This document shows, piece after piece, positions 38,144-52,207 of a stretch of DNA of 64,000 nucleotides. The notes beneath the pieces are model-generated. The model did not search any database and was not told the origin of the DNA. It saw only the letters and a list, made by a program, of their open reading frames with translations. Position numbers and translations under genes: made by a program. The DNA comes from Octopus sinensis (Eukaryota): NCBI RefSeq assembly GCF_006345805.1, contig NC_043009.1:9734001-9798000 (forward strand), given 5' to 3'. Numbering within the stretch: position 1 is the first letter of the stretch; every line of letters starts with the position of its first letter.

Positions 38144-38314
38144 GGGGAAAAAAAGTCAAGATAGAAAATGCTAAAATAATTTTATAAAAAACATTTCAGG
38201 CCTTGACAACAGAGGCCTGCGTCATTATTTTTTGTCACTACCTCCGCGTGAGGTCGAGGCCCGGAATGTTTTTATAAAATTATTTTAGCATTTTCTATCT
38301 TGACTTTTTTCCCC
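38144..38314. mobile_element. (TA)n-flanked fold-back element (third family; MITE or inverted Penelope-type ends)
   Basis: Inverted arms of about 62 bp (38144-38207 / 38253-38314) around a 45-bp GC-richer spacer. Confidence 0.6.
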
Positions 38315-39989
38315 ATATATATATATATAATATATATATATATATTATATATATATATTGTCAGTTACTTTATAAAGGTAAAAGTGATTTGTTAAAAATT
38401 AAATTTTCTTTAATTTTTAAAAATTTAATTTTTAGCCAATCACTGACGATTATTGAATATCATTTCAAAGTTGTTTTGTTTAACTGTTTGCCTGTCCTGT
38501 GTATCACATGTGATATATAGGACACATGTTTCCTTGGCATTCCTGCATCACATGTGATATCCAATCCCAATATTGTTTTTCAATCACCAGAGTAACTTGG
38601 GTCTTATGAAAGGGAAGTTTTATATTATGTAGAATGCATGAGACAAGGGTTAACTAAAAGTCTGACAACAAGCATAGACAAACTTTTTGGACAAACAAGC
38701 ACAGACAAATTTTGACCAAAAGCATCCTTTTCAACCAATTCTCTTTTTATATTCTGACAGGAATGGCAAGGAAAAAAAAATTTTTTTTTTCTCTGAAGGC
38801 TCCAAATGTAATTAAGAAAAGATGTGAAAAGTACCAAAATTTTTGTTAGGGATATAACCGCAAGTAAATCCAAAGATTCAGTTTTCAAGAAAAAACAGTA
38901 ATGATAATTACTGTTGTATTATATTGTCACCAGCTCTTCATTGTGTACTTACAGAAATGCAACACAGAATTTTGTCAGTGAACAGGTCACAGTCTCAAAG
39001 CGACGAAAATATTTTGACAAATTAAATTTAAATGTTGAAGTGAATCTAACGGTTTTTGTGTGTTTCTTAAATGGCCTATAAACACCTTCCACGCTGTAAT
39101 TGTTTTTGTTCCACCACACAATCTCAGATCAGGTCACTTGCTATGCAAGTACATCTCCGTAAACAGCAATGATAATTATTCTGATATTAACTCTTTTACT
39201 GCAGAAAATAGATATATCCACTGAAAATTTCGTTACCTTCAACTGTGGAAAGCAGTTTTACATATCAAACTATCTTTTGTTGAGAAATGTCATATTTGAA
39301 ACTATTTTCTGTTGAGCTACGTCAAGTTTATTGAGGTTATGTGACTTTCAGAAAACATCATTTGTATTTTTTTTATTGATATTCAATAGCATAACTGGAA
39401 TCTGTATGGAATTTAATTTTTTAGTTAAAAGGTTAAAATGAAAGTTAAAAACAAATCTCTAAGGATTTAACAAGTGGTTGTGTCACATGAATAGATTTTA
39501 TATTTTGAAATTTTATCTGTATTTCCTCACAAACATGTGCACATATTTAATATGTGTGAGGGTGTGTGTGTGAAAAACACTCCATTGTGTTGGATCACCA
39601 ATAAAGAGGACATTTTGATTTAGTACCTCTTCAAATTATTGACACAGAAAAGGATAATGAACTCAGTAGACTTGGTTAACTAATCTGTTATCAGTTTTAA
39701 AACACTGCTGCTGTTTGCACCAACAATTAGTTGTTGCAATGTTATGTGGAAAAAAAAAAAATCCACTTGGAAGCTAAGTGTTTTGAGTAAGTACACAATT
39801 AAGAGCTGATGACAATATAATACAACAGCCATACATTCATCCAATTGTTCAGTATTCAATCAACTCAACAATAATGTACTGAGAGGGAAAGACAGCCAAG
39901 ATAGTTATCAATGCACAATACAATCACAGGATTAATTGAAATCAAGTGGAGATAGAAATCCAAAATAACAACAACAATAACAACAATAC

Positions 39990-40600
39990 TTTCTATTATA
40001 GACACAAGGCCTGAAATTTTGGGAAAAGAGGCTAGTCATTTACGTCAATCGCCAGTGCTCAAATGGTATTGCTTTTATTGGCCCTGAAAGGATGAAAGAG
40101 AAAGTTGGCTTTGGTGGAATTTGAACTCAGAATATAAAGATGGATGAAATGTTGAATAATTATAATAATAATAATAATAATTATTATAATTATAATAATA
40201 ATAATAATAATAATAATCCTTTCTATTATAGGCACAAGGCCTAAAACTTTGGAGGAGGTGGCTATTTGATTTTATCAACCCTGGCATTTCACTGGTACTT
40301 AATTTATCAGCCCTGAAAGGATGAAAGGTAAAGTTGACCTTGGCAGAATTTGAACTCAGAACATAGCAACAGGCGAAATACTGCTAAGCAGATCATCCAA
40401 CATGTTAACAATTCTGCCAGCTCACTGTCTTAAAATAATAATAATAATAATAATAATAATATTAATAAATATAATGGTTTCAAATTTTGGCACAGGGCAA
40501 CCCAAGTGTTCAACTGGTACTTACTTTATCCACCCTGAAAGGATGAAAGGCAAAAATCGATCTCGGTGGAATTTGGACTCAGAACATAAAGATGGATGAA
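39990..40600 (-). mobile_element. Cluster of SINE family B variants separated by (TAA)n
   Basis: Three partial or complete copies. Further copies at 34320-34520, 41160-41372 and 53345-53555. Confidence 0.75.
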
Positions 40601-41380
40601 ATACAAAATATTATATTATAAAAGAGAAGCAGATCTTCGTCTCTCTGTCTGCCACAACATCTGTTAGAGGGAGGGAAAGGGTAGGAATCAAAATATACAT
40701 TATAATGTATCTTTAGAAGAAGGAGTAGGAGAAAAAGTTGTTAAGAGAGAAATACAGGGAGAGAGAGAGAGAGAGAGAGAGTGTATGAAAGACAGGTAGT
40801 TTCCACTATAGTAACTAATAAGTTTTGATTAAAAACTTGAGAATTTTAAGTGTAACTCTGTCAACACAATGCTACATAGCTTTAAAAAACACTTTCATTA
40901 TATAACAGTATAGTTGTCTTTTGGTTGTTTGTGTGTGTAAGATAGAATAAAAATTTGTTGCAAGAAAAAAAATTATTGTTGTTGAGAGAGAGAGAGAGAA
41001 AGTGTGTGTGTAAAAGGTTGATAGAATGTTGTCACCATAGTAACTAACAAGACTTTCGCTATATAACAGTTTATTATTAAAAGAAGATATGTGCATGATT
41101 AACAGGTATTTTTACCGTCAGCATAGTGATGGGTAAAAACCTTAGTAGTAATAATAATCCTTTCTACTATAGGCACAAGGCCTGAAATTTTAGGGGAGGA
41201 GACTAGTCAATTACATTGACCCCCAGTGTTTCATTGGTACTTAATTTATCCATCCCAAAAGGATGAAAGGCAAAGTCGACCTCGGTGGAATTTGAACTCA
41301 GAATGTAGTGACAAGTGAAATACCACCAAGCATTTCATCCAGCATGCTAACTATTCTGCTAGGTTGTCACCTTAGTAGTA

Positions 41381-41413
<33 letters not shown>

Positions 41414-41436
41414 GTGATAATAATGATAATAATAAT

Positions 41437-42016
41437 GAGCACTCAGAGAGAACAAACCTCTGCCAAGGCAACACCAATGTCCTCCCAATGATTAGGCAGA
41501 GATGTTTTTTAAAATGAGAATATCTGAAATAAACTCTACTGCTCTCACAAACGAGAATACTAAAAATGAACTCAACCACTCTCAAAAATTAAGTAAAAAA
41601 GCCTGAAAAATAATCCAGAATCCTTGTCCGGTACCTTGGTTTATCCCAATGGTAGTCATGAAATGTGAGGGTGGCTGTAGAAAATTTAGTACAGTAATAG
41701 ATAGTTTATCCTTATCTAATACAAGTCAAAGTTAACAAATTCACCATTCCAAAAGGGGAGATAATTGAGAAAGACTTGAAAGTTAATGTAAGATCGTAAT
41801 CATGTAAAGAAAAGTAAATATAACAAAAAATTATCCAGAATCCTTGTCCAGTCCTGGATCAACCCCAAAATCTAATCACTTCGTGCCAGTCATGAGGCCA
41901 AACAGTCTTGAAAGTTTCATCCGAATCCATCCAGCAGCTCTTGAGATATCTTGTCCACAGACAGACAGATAAATGCAACTGAAAACAATACCCCTGCCTT
42001 TGCTAAGGCAGAGGTA
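41437..42016. mobile_element. Helentron-associated (DINE-1/pearl-type) non-autonomous element
   Basis: Subterminal inverted repeat acctctgcc (41456-41464) / ggcagaggt (42007-42015), terminal hairpin ctgcctt-tgct-aaggcag, an (ACAG)n tract, and a repeated core atccagaatccttgtcc at about 41613 and 41832. Confidence 0.65.
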
Positions 42017-42859
42017 ATAATAATAGTAGTAGTAAAAAAAAAGACATGTAAACACTTCCATATAGTTTAAACATCAGTTTTCCTTTTTTAAAGTCATACT
42101 TGTTTCAGGACAGAGGTTTTATAGGACACTTTGTCAGTAGAATTTCTATTGCTTTCTAAGTAAGCTTGAGATAGTAAGAATGTTATGCAAGCAGAGTTGA
42201 GAAACAAAATTGGAGACATTTATGCCTTTAATGTGAATGATGTGAGGTGGGATGGGAAGCATTAATAATATTGGAGAGAGAGGAAGACCGTTACAACTGG
42301 GAATAGAGACTGGTTTGTGAATGTAGTTTACCACTTTCTTCCTAATGGCTGGCACTTGCTGCTATTTTGAACAAAAGTCATATAAAAGAAATTTAAAACA
42401 ACTCCCAAAGCATGCAATAAGACAAATAATTTCATAAAGATTTGAAGGAGGGACTGTTTGTGACTGATGTTACGATGGCGGAAATGATAAGAGAGATAGG
42501 AAGACTAGATTAAATTTTTAAAAATTAAATAAGTTTGAAATTCTGTGACGTTGCTTTCCCCTCTAATGAAGTGATCTACTTGAAACATGAGACTTCTTCA
42601 TCACAGCAAGAATTTTTTCCCATTGTTTAAAATATTTCTATTCTTTAGATTTGTTGTTGTTATGACCTTAAGCACTCTCGTCATTGGTGACGAGGACCAC
42701 AATAGCAACATCAGCACCTTCACCATAACAGGCAATGGTGATACCATTACTGACGCCACCACCACTTCCAGTGATGCCAATACCAGCAGTCCCAGCTCCA
42801 ACAACAATGTCAGTGGCAGCAGCAACAACAACAACAACAACACCAGCACAGCTCACGGA

Positions 42860-43400
42860 GATACATTAGATGTATCCAACCATAGATCCTCCTTCAGAGT
42901 TCTGGAAAGGAGATATGTAACATCACTGGCCAGCCACGTCTGGTAACTAAGAGATGACAGGATTCCAAACTCAATATCACGGAAATCCTTGAGAACCCAG
43001 ATCCCTACATCAATGGGAAGAAACGGTGCAAGTAATTGATAGCTGAATGGGCGAGAACCCTAAAGACTTAATAGAACCAAGAAACATCCTTAACTCCAGA
43101 ATGGAAATTTTTGGAGCCCACAAGATGGTGGCACAGCTGGACGTTGATAGCCAATAGCAAAAGGGAGATAATTCCCAATTTTTAACCTTTGAGTAGTGAG
43201 GCATTTCCCCATCCATATTTTTAAGAGGTCATGGGCCAACTGGATTTTGGGATTTGATGATACACCATGAAGCTAAATCCTTTATGGACGGGAAACCTAA
43301 GGAAATCCCATAAACCGGCTTTTCCCATTATAATATATACTGCTCTACATTTGAGAGTGTGCTGCTTCTTTTGGACTTACGTTTTTCACAAACAGTATAT
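42860..43400 (+). mobile_element. Decayed Penelope-like element 3' end (GIY-YIG endonuclease C-terminus plus pLTR)
   Basis: NHRSSFR..RRYVTSLASHVW*LRD..I..PYINGKKRCK*L.AE...ILNSRMEIF, then non-coding sequence containing a hammerhead relic and ending at (TA)n. Confidence 0.7.
43249..43309 (+). ncRNA. Decayed type I hammerhead ribozyme in the Penelope pLTR
   Basis: gggau-[U]UGAUGA-..ccau..augg..-GAAA-ccu(a)agg-[A]A-auccc. Two core substitutions (C3, U16.1). Confidence 0.55.
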
Positions 43401-43655
43401 ATATATATATATATATATATCCAGACAGTTAGGTGATACAAAAAAAAGACAGCGAGGTTGTTACCAGTGCCGCTGGACTGGCTCCTGTGCAGGTGGCATG
43501 TAAAAAAACACCTTTTGAGCATGGTTGTTGCCAGTACCACCTGACTGACCCCCGTGCCAGTGGCATGTAAAAGCACCCACTACACTCTCGGAGTGGTTGG
43601 TGTTAGGAAGGGCATCCAGCTGTAGAAACTCTGCCAGATCATATACGTATATTGC

Positions 43656-43686
<31 letters not shown>

Positions 43687-44344
43687 TTTTATTACCACGC
43701 TGGCTACCTAATAAAATTATTATTGATTTTACCCTTTAATATCAAAAATATACCTTATGTATTTATATGTTTCTTATATATACGTATTTTTATATATTTA
43801 TTATTCTAGGTTTTATAATGTATAAAAAAAAATTTTTTTTAGACGATGAAGTATTAATTTTTTAATTTTTTATATTGCAATAGACTGTACTCACTTTTTT
43901 CTATATGCTTTATTAAATGAAATATTGTTTCATCTTCTGTGATTTTGTGCATCAGTGTTCTATGTATAAGAAAAAGCACTATGTTTCTTTATATGTGATT
44001 AAATATTCGAGATGTGATATGTTAACTGGATGACCTTAAATTTGTTGCTTGTTCTACAACCAAAGTTTGTTACATATATATATATATACACATATATATA
44101 TACATATATATACATATGTACATATACATATTTATATATATATACATATATATACACACAAATTTATATATATATATATATATAGACATACATAAATATA
44201 TATATATACACATATACCTACATACATATATATACACATACATAAATACAAATACATATATATATATACATACATAAATACATATACATATATATACACA
44301 TGTATATATACATATATATATAAATATATATGTTGGATTTGCAA

Positions 44345-44945
44345 ACCTCTGGCATACACTGCATTGAAAGCTGTGCACAGGCATATAGGCAGAATAGTTG
44401 GTAGAGGTTTTTTTTCCATGCGTTCGCAGATGAGATTTGAGGCCAGCAAAAGACAGGCATGGTCTGTCACAGACTGTGCACACAAAAGTGTCATTGTCAT
44501 TCACCTTCTCGATCGTAACATTCTTCCTTAGATCTCTTTTGAGTATTACTTGTGTTATCCTGGTCTCTTCAAATGCTTTCACTCCACTCCACACCTTTGT
44601 TCGCCATCCAACTCGATCTGAAACAAGGGTTTCTATATCTTCTGGAACCATTCTAAGTGATTTCATAGTAGTCCTTATGCCGTCCTTAAACCCTTTTTTA
44701 GGTTTACACTGATAGTGTTTCCCCTTTACAAGCTCACCATAAAACAGCTGTTTTGGCATATATATATATATATATATTTATGTGTATATATATATGTGTG
44801 TGTGTGTGTGTATTTATATATATGTATATATATATATATGTGTGTGTGTGTGTATGTATGTATGTATATATATACATATATATGTATATATATGCCATTT
44901 GAACAATATGGCCACACCATCTCAATTGGTTTCTTAAAATCATAG
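44345..44945 (-). mobile_element. RTE LINE C-terminal fragment with C2H2 zinc finger, split by a microsatellite
   Basis: QLRWCGHIVQM / MPKQLFYGEL..G...KGFKD...DRVGWR...CTVCDRPCLSFAGLKSHLRTH. Confidence 0.8.
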
Positions 44946-45829
44946 CTTTGAATTAAAATCTTCTATGAAACCTTAGTCACAATTTATGTTCTTAACACTA
45001 GCTGAATGGTAACTAAATTATTTTACTAAATTGTTTGTTATATCTAAAGTAACTGAAAGAAACATAGAGCATCTCAAAATAAATACCGTAACGAAAGGGG
45101 TAAGTGTTTAATTGCATTCTTTCATCTTATATGAGTTGAAATCCTATTCAGGTTAATTTTGCCATCCATCAGTTTAGGGTTGATAAAATATATACAAGTG
45201 AAGTACTGGGGTTGACACTTCTGTCCTCCACAATTTTCTGGTTTTGCGTCTGTGTTATAAATAAATATTATTATTGTTAAACTTGGGGATTGTCGTATTT
45301 TACTAATTAAACACAAGCACTATATACTTGGTCTTCACTTTAGATTTATTATTATTATTTTAGTGTCTTTTATCACACATCCTATGACCTCATTAGTGAC
45401 TCACTATTCCACCTGTCTTCTCTTGTTCTGCTTATTCCATTTTGTCTCTGATTTGGTCACAGGATGTGTGATGAAAGAGCTTTGACAAAGACACTAAAAT
45501 AATAATAATAATAATTATAATTATAATAGTATAACAATATCTGTTTCAACACATGATTTCACATCCGGAATCTTCCAAAACAAACACACACATGTAATTA
45601 TTATTATTATTATGACTATTATTATTGTTGTTGTTGTTATTATTATTAAGTTGGTGATTTGGCAGAATCATTAACACATTAGCTTTTCATCTTTATGGTC
45701 TTAACAAAATAAAGTACCAGTCATGTACTGGGATTAATGTAATTGTCTTACCCCTCTCTCCTAAAACTACTGGGCTTGTGCCAAAATTTCAGACCATTAT
45801 TATTTATTATTATTACTATTATTCTTTTC

Positions 45830-46262
45830 TACTCTAGGAATAAGTCCTGAAGTTTTGGGAGAAGGGGCCAGTCAATTAGAGATCGACCCCAGTACATAGG
45901 ATGAAAATTAAAATCGACCTTGGTGGAATTTGAACTCAGAACGTAGCGGCAGACGAAATATCGCTAAGCATTTCATCTGGCGTGCTAATGTTTCAGCCGG
46001 CTTGCCGTCTTTTTATTATTATTATTATTGTTATTATTATTATTAAGGTGGTGAGCTGGTAGAATAGTTAGCACATTGCGCGAAATGCTTTGCCGTATTT
46101 TGTCTGTCTTTATGTTCTGAGTTCAAATTCTGCTGAGGTTGACTTTGCCTGTCATCCTTTTGGGGTTGATAAATTAAAGTATCAGTGAAACACTGGAGTC
46201 AATGAAATTGATCAGCCCCCGCCTCCAAAATTTCAGGCCTTGTGCCTATAGTAGAAAGGATT
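45830..46262. mobile_element. Head-to-head inverted pair of SINE family B copies
   Basis: Minus copy 45830-46010 and plus copy 46046-46262, separated by (TTA)n. Confidence 0.75.
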
Positions 46263-49200
46263 ATGTTATTATTATTATTATTATTATTATTGAAGATGAC
46301 TGAAAAAGCATCCAAGCTGCACTTTTGAGCTATCAGTCAATCACCACACACACACATACACACACAGATTTTCCCTAATAAAATTCTGGAGACATATGAA
46401 AAATAATATTTAATCATAAGTACTTATTATTAATATTATTATTAGAGTTATTCTGCTGAGGTTCACTTTGCCTTTCATCCTTCCAGTCTCAATAAAATAA
46501 GTACCAGTTGAGTACTGGGGTTCATGCAATCAACTTACCCCCTCACACAAAATTGCTAGCCTTGAGCCAAAATTTGAAACCAATACTATTATTAGTGTTA
46601 ACAATAATGGTGATGACATCATATTTATTATTAACCCTTTAGCATTTAAACCGGTCATATCCAGCCCAAATATTCAACCTGTTTTACGTTCAAACTGGCC
46701 ATATCTAGCCTCTCACACCTACCCTATAATGTCATTCTAAAAATAAACAATCACATTACTGAAACCTCAAAGCTGTAAGATAATGTATTATTAATACAAA
46801 ATGATATGAATAAATAAGCATAGCATTTAACAGAGTAATTTGAACACTTATGATACGATAAACGTCACCCATTTCAAGCCTAGCCAGGCTCATGGGCCCG
46901 GTTTCCCAGTTTCTGTGGTGTATGTGTTCCCCCCAGCTGGACGGGACGCCAGAAACGGGAAGAGAGAGTGAGAGAAAGTTGTGGCGAAAGAGTACAACAG
47001 GGGTCGCCACCAACCCCTGCTGGAGCCTCATGGAACTTTTAGGTGTTTTAGCTCAATAAACACACACAATGCCCGGTCTGGGATTCGAAACCGCGATCCT
47101 CCGACTGCAAGTCTGCTGCCCTAACCACTGGGCCATTGCACTTCCAATCTGAACACTTAAGTTTTAAAAATGATTATGTATTTCCTTAGTGATATCAGAT
47201 TTATGTTACATCATACAACATGTGGCGTTCATAATCCAAGTCAGGTGTTTTATCCAATCAATAACTTTAAGACTATGATTCAACAAGTGGCTAAAGACCA
47301 ACTTAGTACAGAATGACATGGGAAGGATTAAAAATGATCCAAGGATCCTTATGATATAAAGAATAACAGATTAACAGAGAATACACATTTTGATTGTACA
47401 GTTGTTCAAAATAATATTTAACTGCTGTCTTGGATTTCAAATACGCAAATGACTGTAAGTTAAGAAGCTTGCTTTGCAATCATGTGGTTTTGGGTTCAGT
47501 CCCACAGCACAGCACTTTGGTCAAGTGTCTTCAATTAGGACAATAGATGTCCTGTGAGTGAATTTGGTAAATGGAAACTGCAGAAAAACTATCTATCTAT
47601 TTATCTATATAATAAAATGGAAAATATTTTGGTTAACATGTGTAACGGGGAATAAATAATACCTAAAGATTTCAAATTTCCTTGTTATACAAATAATTCA
47701 GTAAATAATACTTCCATAATTCTCAATTTTGATATGTATTTTGAACTAACATACAGCAGCAACTGAGACTACATATTGGATTGTAATAATGGAATAAGCA
47801 AATGTGCATCAAGAGGAGACAACTGGGATTTACCCTAACTACCAACATATGCATATGTGTGTGTGTGTGTTTGCGTTTGTTCCTCCACTGCTTGACAATT
47901 GGTATTGGTTTCTCTATGTTCCCAGAAGTTAGCAGTTCAGCAAAAGAAACTAATAGGATAAGTACCAGATTTAATAAGTACTGGGCATGATTTGTCCAAC
48001 TAAATCCTACGAGCTAATGAGTACCCCAGCATGGCTGCAGTCCAATGACTGAAACAAGTAAAGGAAAGAAAGAAGCACGTTTAGATTTATATTGATGCTG
48101 TCATAGAAATATAAAGAGGAGTCGTGGAATTTAAACTTTTAGCATTTACACTGGCCATATGAGGGCTCAGTAGTCTACCTGTTCTATGGTTAAAATGGCT
48201 AGATCCTATCTCTCACACTTACCCAACAAAGTTATTCTAAAAATAAACGATCACATTGAAATAACCAAGCTATGAGATAATGCGTAATTAATTCAAAAAC
48301 AATGTAAATAAATAAGCGTTACATATGACAGAGAAATCTGAACGCTAAAGGGTCAAGACATGCCAAATGTTAACGGTTTCTATTATTGGGACAAAATTAA
48401 ACATTTTTGGAAGAGAACATAGTTGATTAAAATGACCCCAGTATCTGACTGGTACATTGTTTTATCAATCCAGGAAGTGGGAAAGGGTAAGTTGATCTCA
48501 GTGGTATTTGGAATCATGTGCCACATGATAGTAAAACTAAGTGCTGCAGTAGTTTTAAAACTAGAACTGGCAAAATCTACTGCTCAGGATGAAATACCGA
48601 AGCAATAATTATCAAGCATTATGACAACTGATTAAGCAAAAATAACGAGTGTAATACCTTTCATGTGGTGTATAATGATTTATGTTGGCTTAACCCTTTT
48701 GTTACCATATCCCTATTGAAAAACACTGTCTTTGTTTCAATTAATTCTGAAAATAATGAAGATTTCAGTAAAATGACTGTTGTTATTAAATCAGGGTTTG
48801 GACCATAAATTAACATAAAATTTTGATTGGAAGGTTTTAATTTAGTTCGCTTTAGGAGTAGTCTTGGGTGGTCTGGTATCAGAAGGGTTAAGGCAGTAGA
48901 GAAAGTGGTGGAGGTCAATAGTGAAGTCCAGTAATATGCTTGGTATTTATTTTATCAAACCAACAGACATTGAAAGTAAATCAGCATTCTTGTGACTTGA
49001 ACTGAGAACAGAAGAGAATGGAACTAAACACTGACAGCCATTTAATTCGGTAGTCTACAGTTCCAACCATGCCATGGCTTTATTTTTACTTTTGTTATTG
49101 TAAATTTAAAAGCTTCTCTTGGTTGTTGACAGATAAATCATCAACATCATTAGAGACACTAAATTGACAAACTAAGATTTAATTGACTATTTCAGGTCAA

Positions 49201-51504
49201 AAAGCCAGCCAGATTTAATTTCATTAATTACACCAGGAGACAGTAATTCATAAATTTTTAATAATCCATTCTAATTGTTTCCCACATATTTATGAATAGT
49301 GTAAGTCCTGCAATTAAATAGTATTTAATTTAATCATGTATAAGTACTACTGTGTTTGCTTATAGGACAACTGATATATATATTATATTACACTATATAT
49401 ATATGTGTGTGTGTGTGTATATATATATATTGAGTCAAGTATGTCAACATCAACATCACAATAAAAATCAAATGGAAATTGTAGTTATGATACCCGTGCC
49501 GGTGGCACGTAAAAAGCACCATCCGAACGTAGCTGATGCCAGCACCGCCTAACTGGCGTCTGTGTCGGTGACATGTAAAAAGCACCAACCGATTGTGGCC
49601 ATTTGCCAGCCTCCTCTGGCCCCTGTGCCGGTGGCACATAAAAATCACCCACTACACTCATGGAGTGGTTGGTGTTAGAAATACATACATCATCATCATC
49701 ATTGTGATAGGGATAACACATACATTATCATCATCATCATTGTTTAACGTCTGCTTTCCATGCTGGCATGGGTTGGACGGTTTCACTGAGGACTGGTGAG
49801 CCAGATGGCTGCACCAGGCTCAATCTGATCTGGCAGAGTTTCTACAGCTGGATGCCCTTCCTAATGCCAACCACTCTGAGAGTGTAGTGTATACATGTGT
49901 TGTGTATATATATACATAAAACAGTTGTCTTTCATTACAAGTTACATGCTGTTGTGAAATGTGAAATTTGTCATGTAAATGTGTGTAATGATTTTAAATG
50001 TAATCTCAGCCACAGAGCACAAGCATCAGTTTGACAGTCAGATAAAACAGATGACAACAGCAATGGAAGCACACTTGGTTTACCAAATAAAGCCTTTGAA
50101 AAATATTTTGTTATCTATACAACAATTTATTCATTAATTTCTTTTCTTTTTTCTTTTATATTTTTATCCAATGGACTCATGAGCAACGACTCTTCTATGG
50201 TTACGATGATGATAACTGATACAAGTGCTGCTGTTACTATGACAACTATTACAGATGAACAGAGAACCTTCTTTATGGTAAGCTCTACAATGTTGTTATG
50301 GGGTTTCATTCTGCTTGGTTTTTATGTTGCCAGCAGGAGTTATATCTTTTGTATGAAAATGAAGGAATAAACACACACAAATATAGATAAACAGAATCAG
50401 ATAAAAATCTTCCCGGTAATTCCCACCATAAAATAATGGATAAAATTTTACACCCAAAATTATTTAATATTATTCTATCTGATTTGCAAACTCAGATGAA
50501 GCGATCACATTGGTATTGCACTTTTCAAAATATATTTCTACAAACATCTGTCAACATATTCCATCATGTAATACTTTCACTGATAGCCTTAACTCACATG
50601 GAATCTAAATTAAAAAAAAACGAAAAAAGAAACAAAAAAAATGCTTTCATCCAGTAATTATTGATAACTCATATGCAACAAAGTGGAGTCGTGTGGCTTA
50701 GTTTTTAGGGTGGTAGCATCATGATCGTAAGGTTGTGGTTTCGATTCCTGGACTGGGCGACGTGTTGTGTTCTTGAGCAAAACACTTCATTTCACGTTGC
50801 TCCAGTCCACTCAGCTGGCAAAAATGAGTAACGCTGTGATGGACTGGAGTCCCGTCCAGCTGGGGAACACATACGCCATGGAAACCGGGAATCCGGGCCC
50901 AAGAGCCTGGCTAGGCTTTAAAAGGGTGCATTTATTTTTATATGCAACAAAACATCAGAATCCTCTGTAAACTTTATCATGCCATGACATTTTCAATACA
51001 TTTATGACATATAGCATCCTTCCAGAAGAGAAAGCAATATTGCTGATGCTTTTATCAGAATTGGCCAGATTTTACATTTTTTTTCTATTCTTCAAATTCA
51101 TACTCATCTTTGCAACCATGGCAGCCACCAATTTAGTCAATATGTACAACTGCAGATATGTAAAGATTGTACCTCTGTTAAGCCAGTTTCATCCCCACCC
51201 CAATTTGCTAAAGTAATAAGTTTTTATTCAACTACAGGAAATATTATCAATTGACTTTATGGGGCCAAAGGAAAAGTACAAAAAAAATAAGTACATTTTG
51301 GAAGATGGAAACTGAAAGAAGCCTGGTGCATGTGTGTGTGTTTTTATGCTTGTCCCATGCCACCACTCAACAACTTGGTGTTGGTTAGTTTATAGCCCTA
51401 TAATTTAGAGGTTCAGCAAAAAGAGACCAATAGAATAAGTAATGGACTTACTGTAAGTACTGGGTTTGATTTGTTTGGCTGAGCCCTTCAAAGACAGTGC
51501 CCCA

Positions 51505-51878
51505 AAGTCCATCCCCTCCTCATCATGGTGGGGACGCTGGCAACGGGTAGTGTCAGAGCTATGCCGTCGGGAACTTCAGTTCCTGGTAGGGCCACCCAAG
51601 GCGGATTGGTCTGACACCGAGTGGTATTAGGGCCACAACCCGGCAGACGGGTGAAAATCCTCGGAGTGTCTGCTATATGGTTGTTCTGTCCCTGCGTCTG
51701 TGGACAATCTGCGGCAAACAGGATGTCTCTACATGCGGGATTGTTGGGGACCGCTTGTGAAATTCATATTCCCATGAAACTTCTTCCACTGCCATGGTTC
51801 AAGATGTCTCGAGGGTGGTGGAAGAAGCCGACTCAACCCGCCCAGGGTGAATGTTGCCGCAAGTAAGTAAGTAAGTAA
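51505..51878 (+). mobile_element. Short non-autonomous RTE-derived element inserted in a SINE A tail
   Basis: GC-rich block with the RTE 5'UTR-like motif gagctatgcc..cctggtagggccaccca and a (TAAG)n tail. It splits cagtgcccca | ..gccacagtccaatggctgaaac. Confidence 0.5.
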
Positions 51879-52207
51879 TAGCCACAGTCCAATGGCTGAA
51901 ACAAGTAAAAGATAAACAAGGGAATAAATCATAAGTCCAGTACTCCACAGAATCCGCATGAGAATAGCCAACGTGAGTGACATAATTGTGCATTGTGAAA
52001 GCCTATACAATTAAGCTTGATGACTGCAAATCTCTATATAGCCAAGTGAGAGGTAGCACTTCTTGAAGCCTTACATATACTGAGATCACTTTTATTGGCA
52101 GCAACTAACTGTACACCGCATGAATGAATCTTTCTTTACTCAAAACTTAGAAATGATAAAACTAAATCTGTCTGGATGGAGACTGGTATTATTGTTTTGT
52201 TGTAATA

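Noticed and set aside
42587-42946. 119-aa ORF with signal-peptide-like start
   Set aside because: Low-complexity trinucleotide region fused to a Penelope endonuclease relic; no independent gene evidence.
50127-50370. Overlapping short hydrophobic ORFs on both strands
   Set aside because: No recognisable domain and no convincing splice signals.
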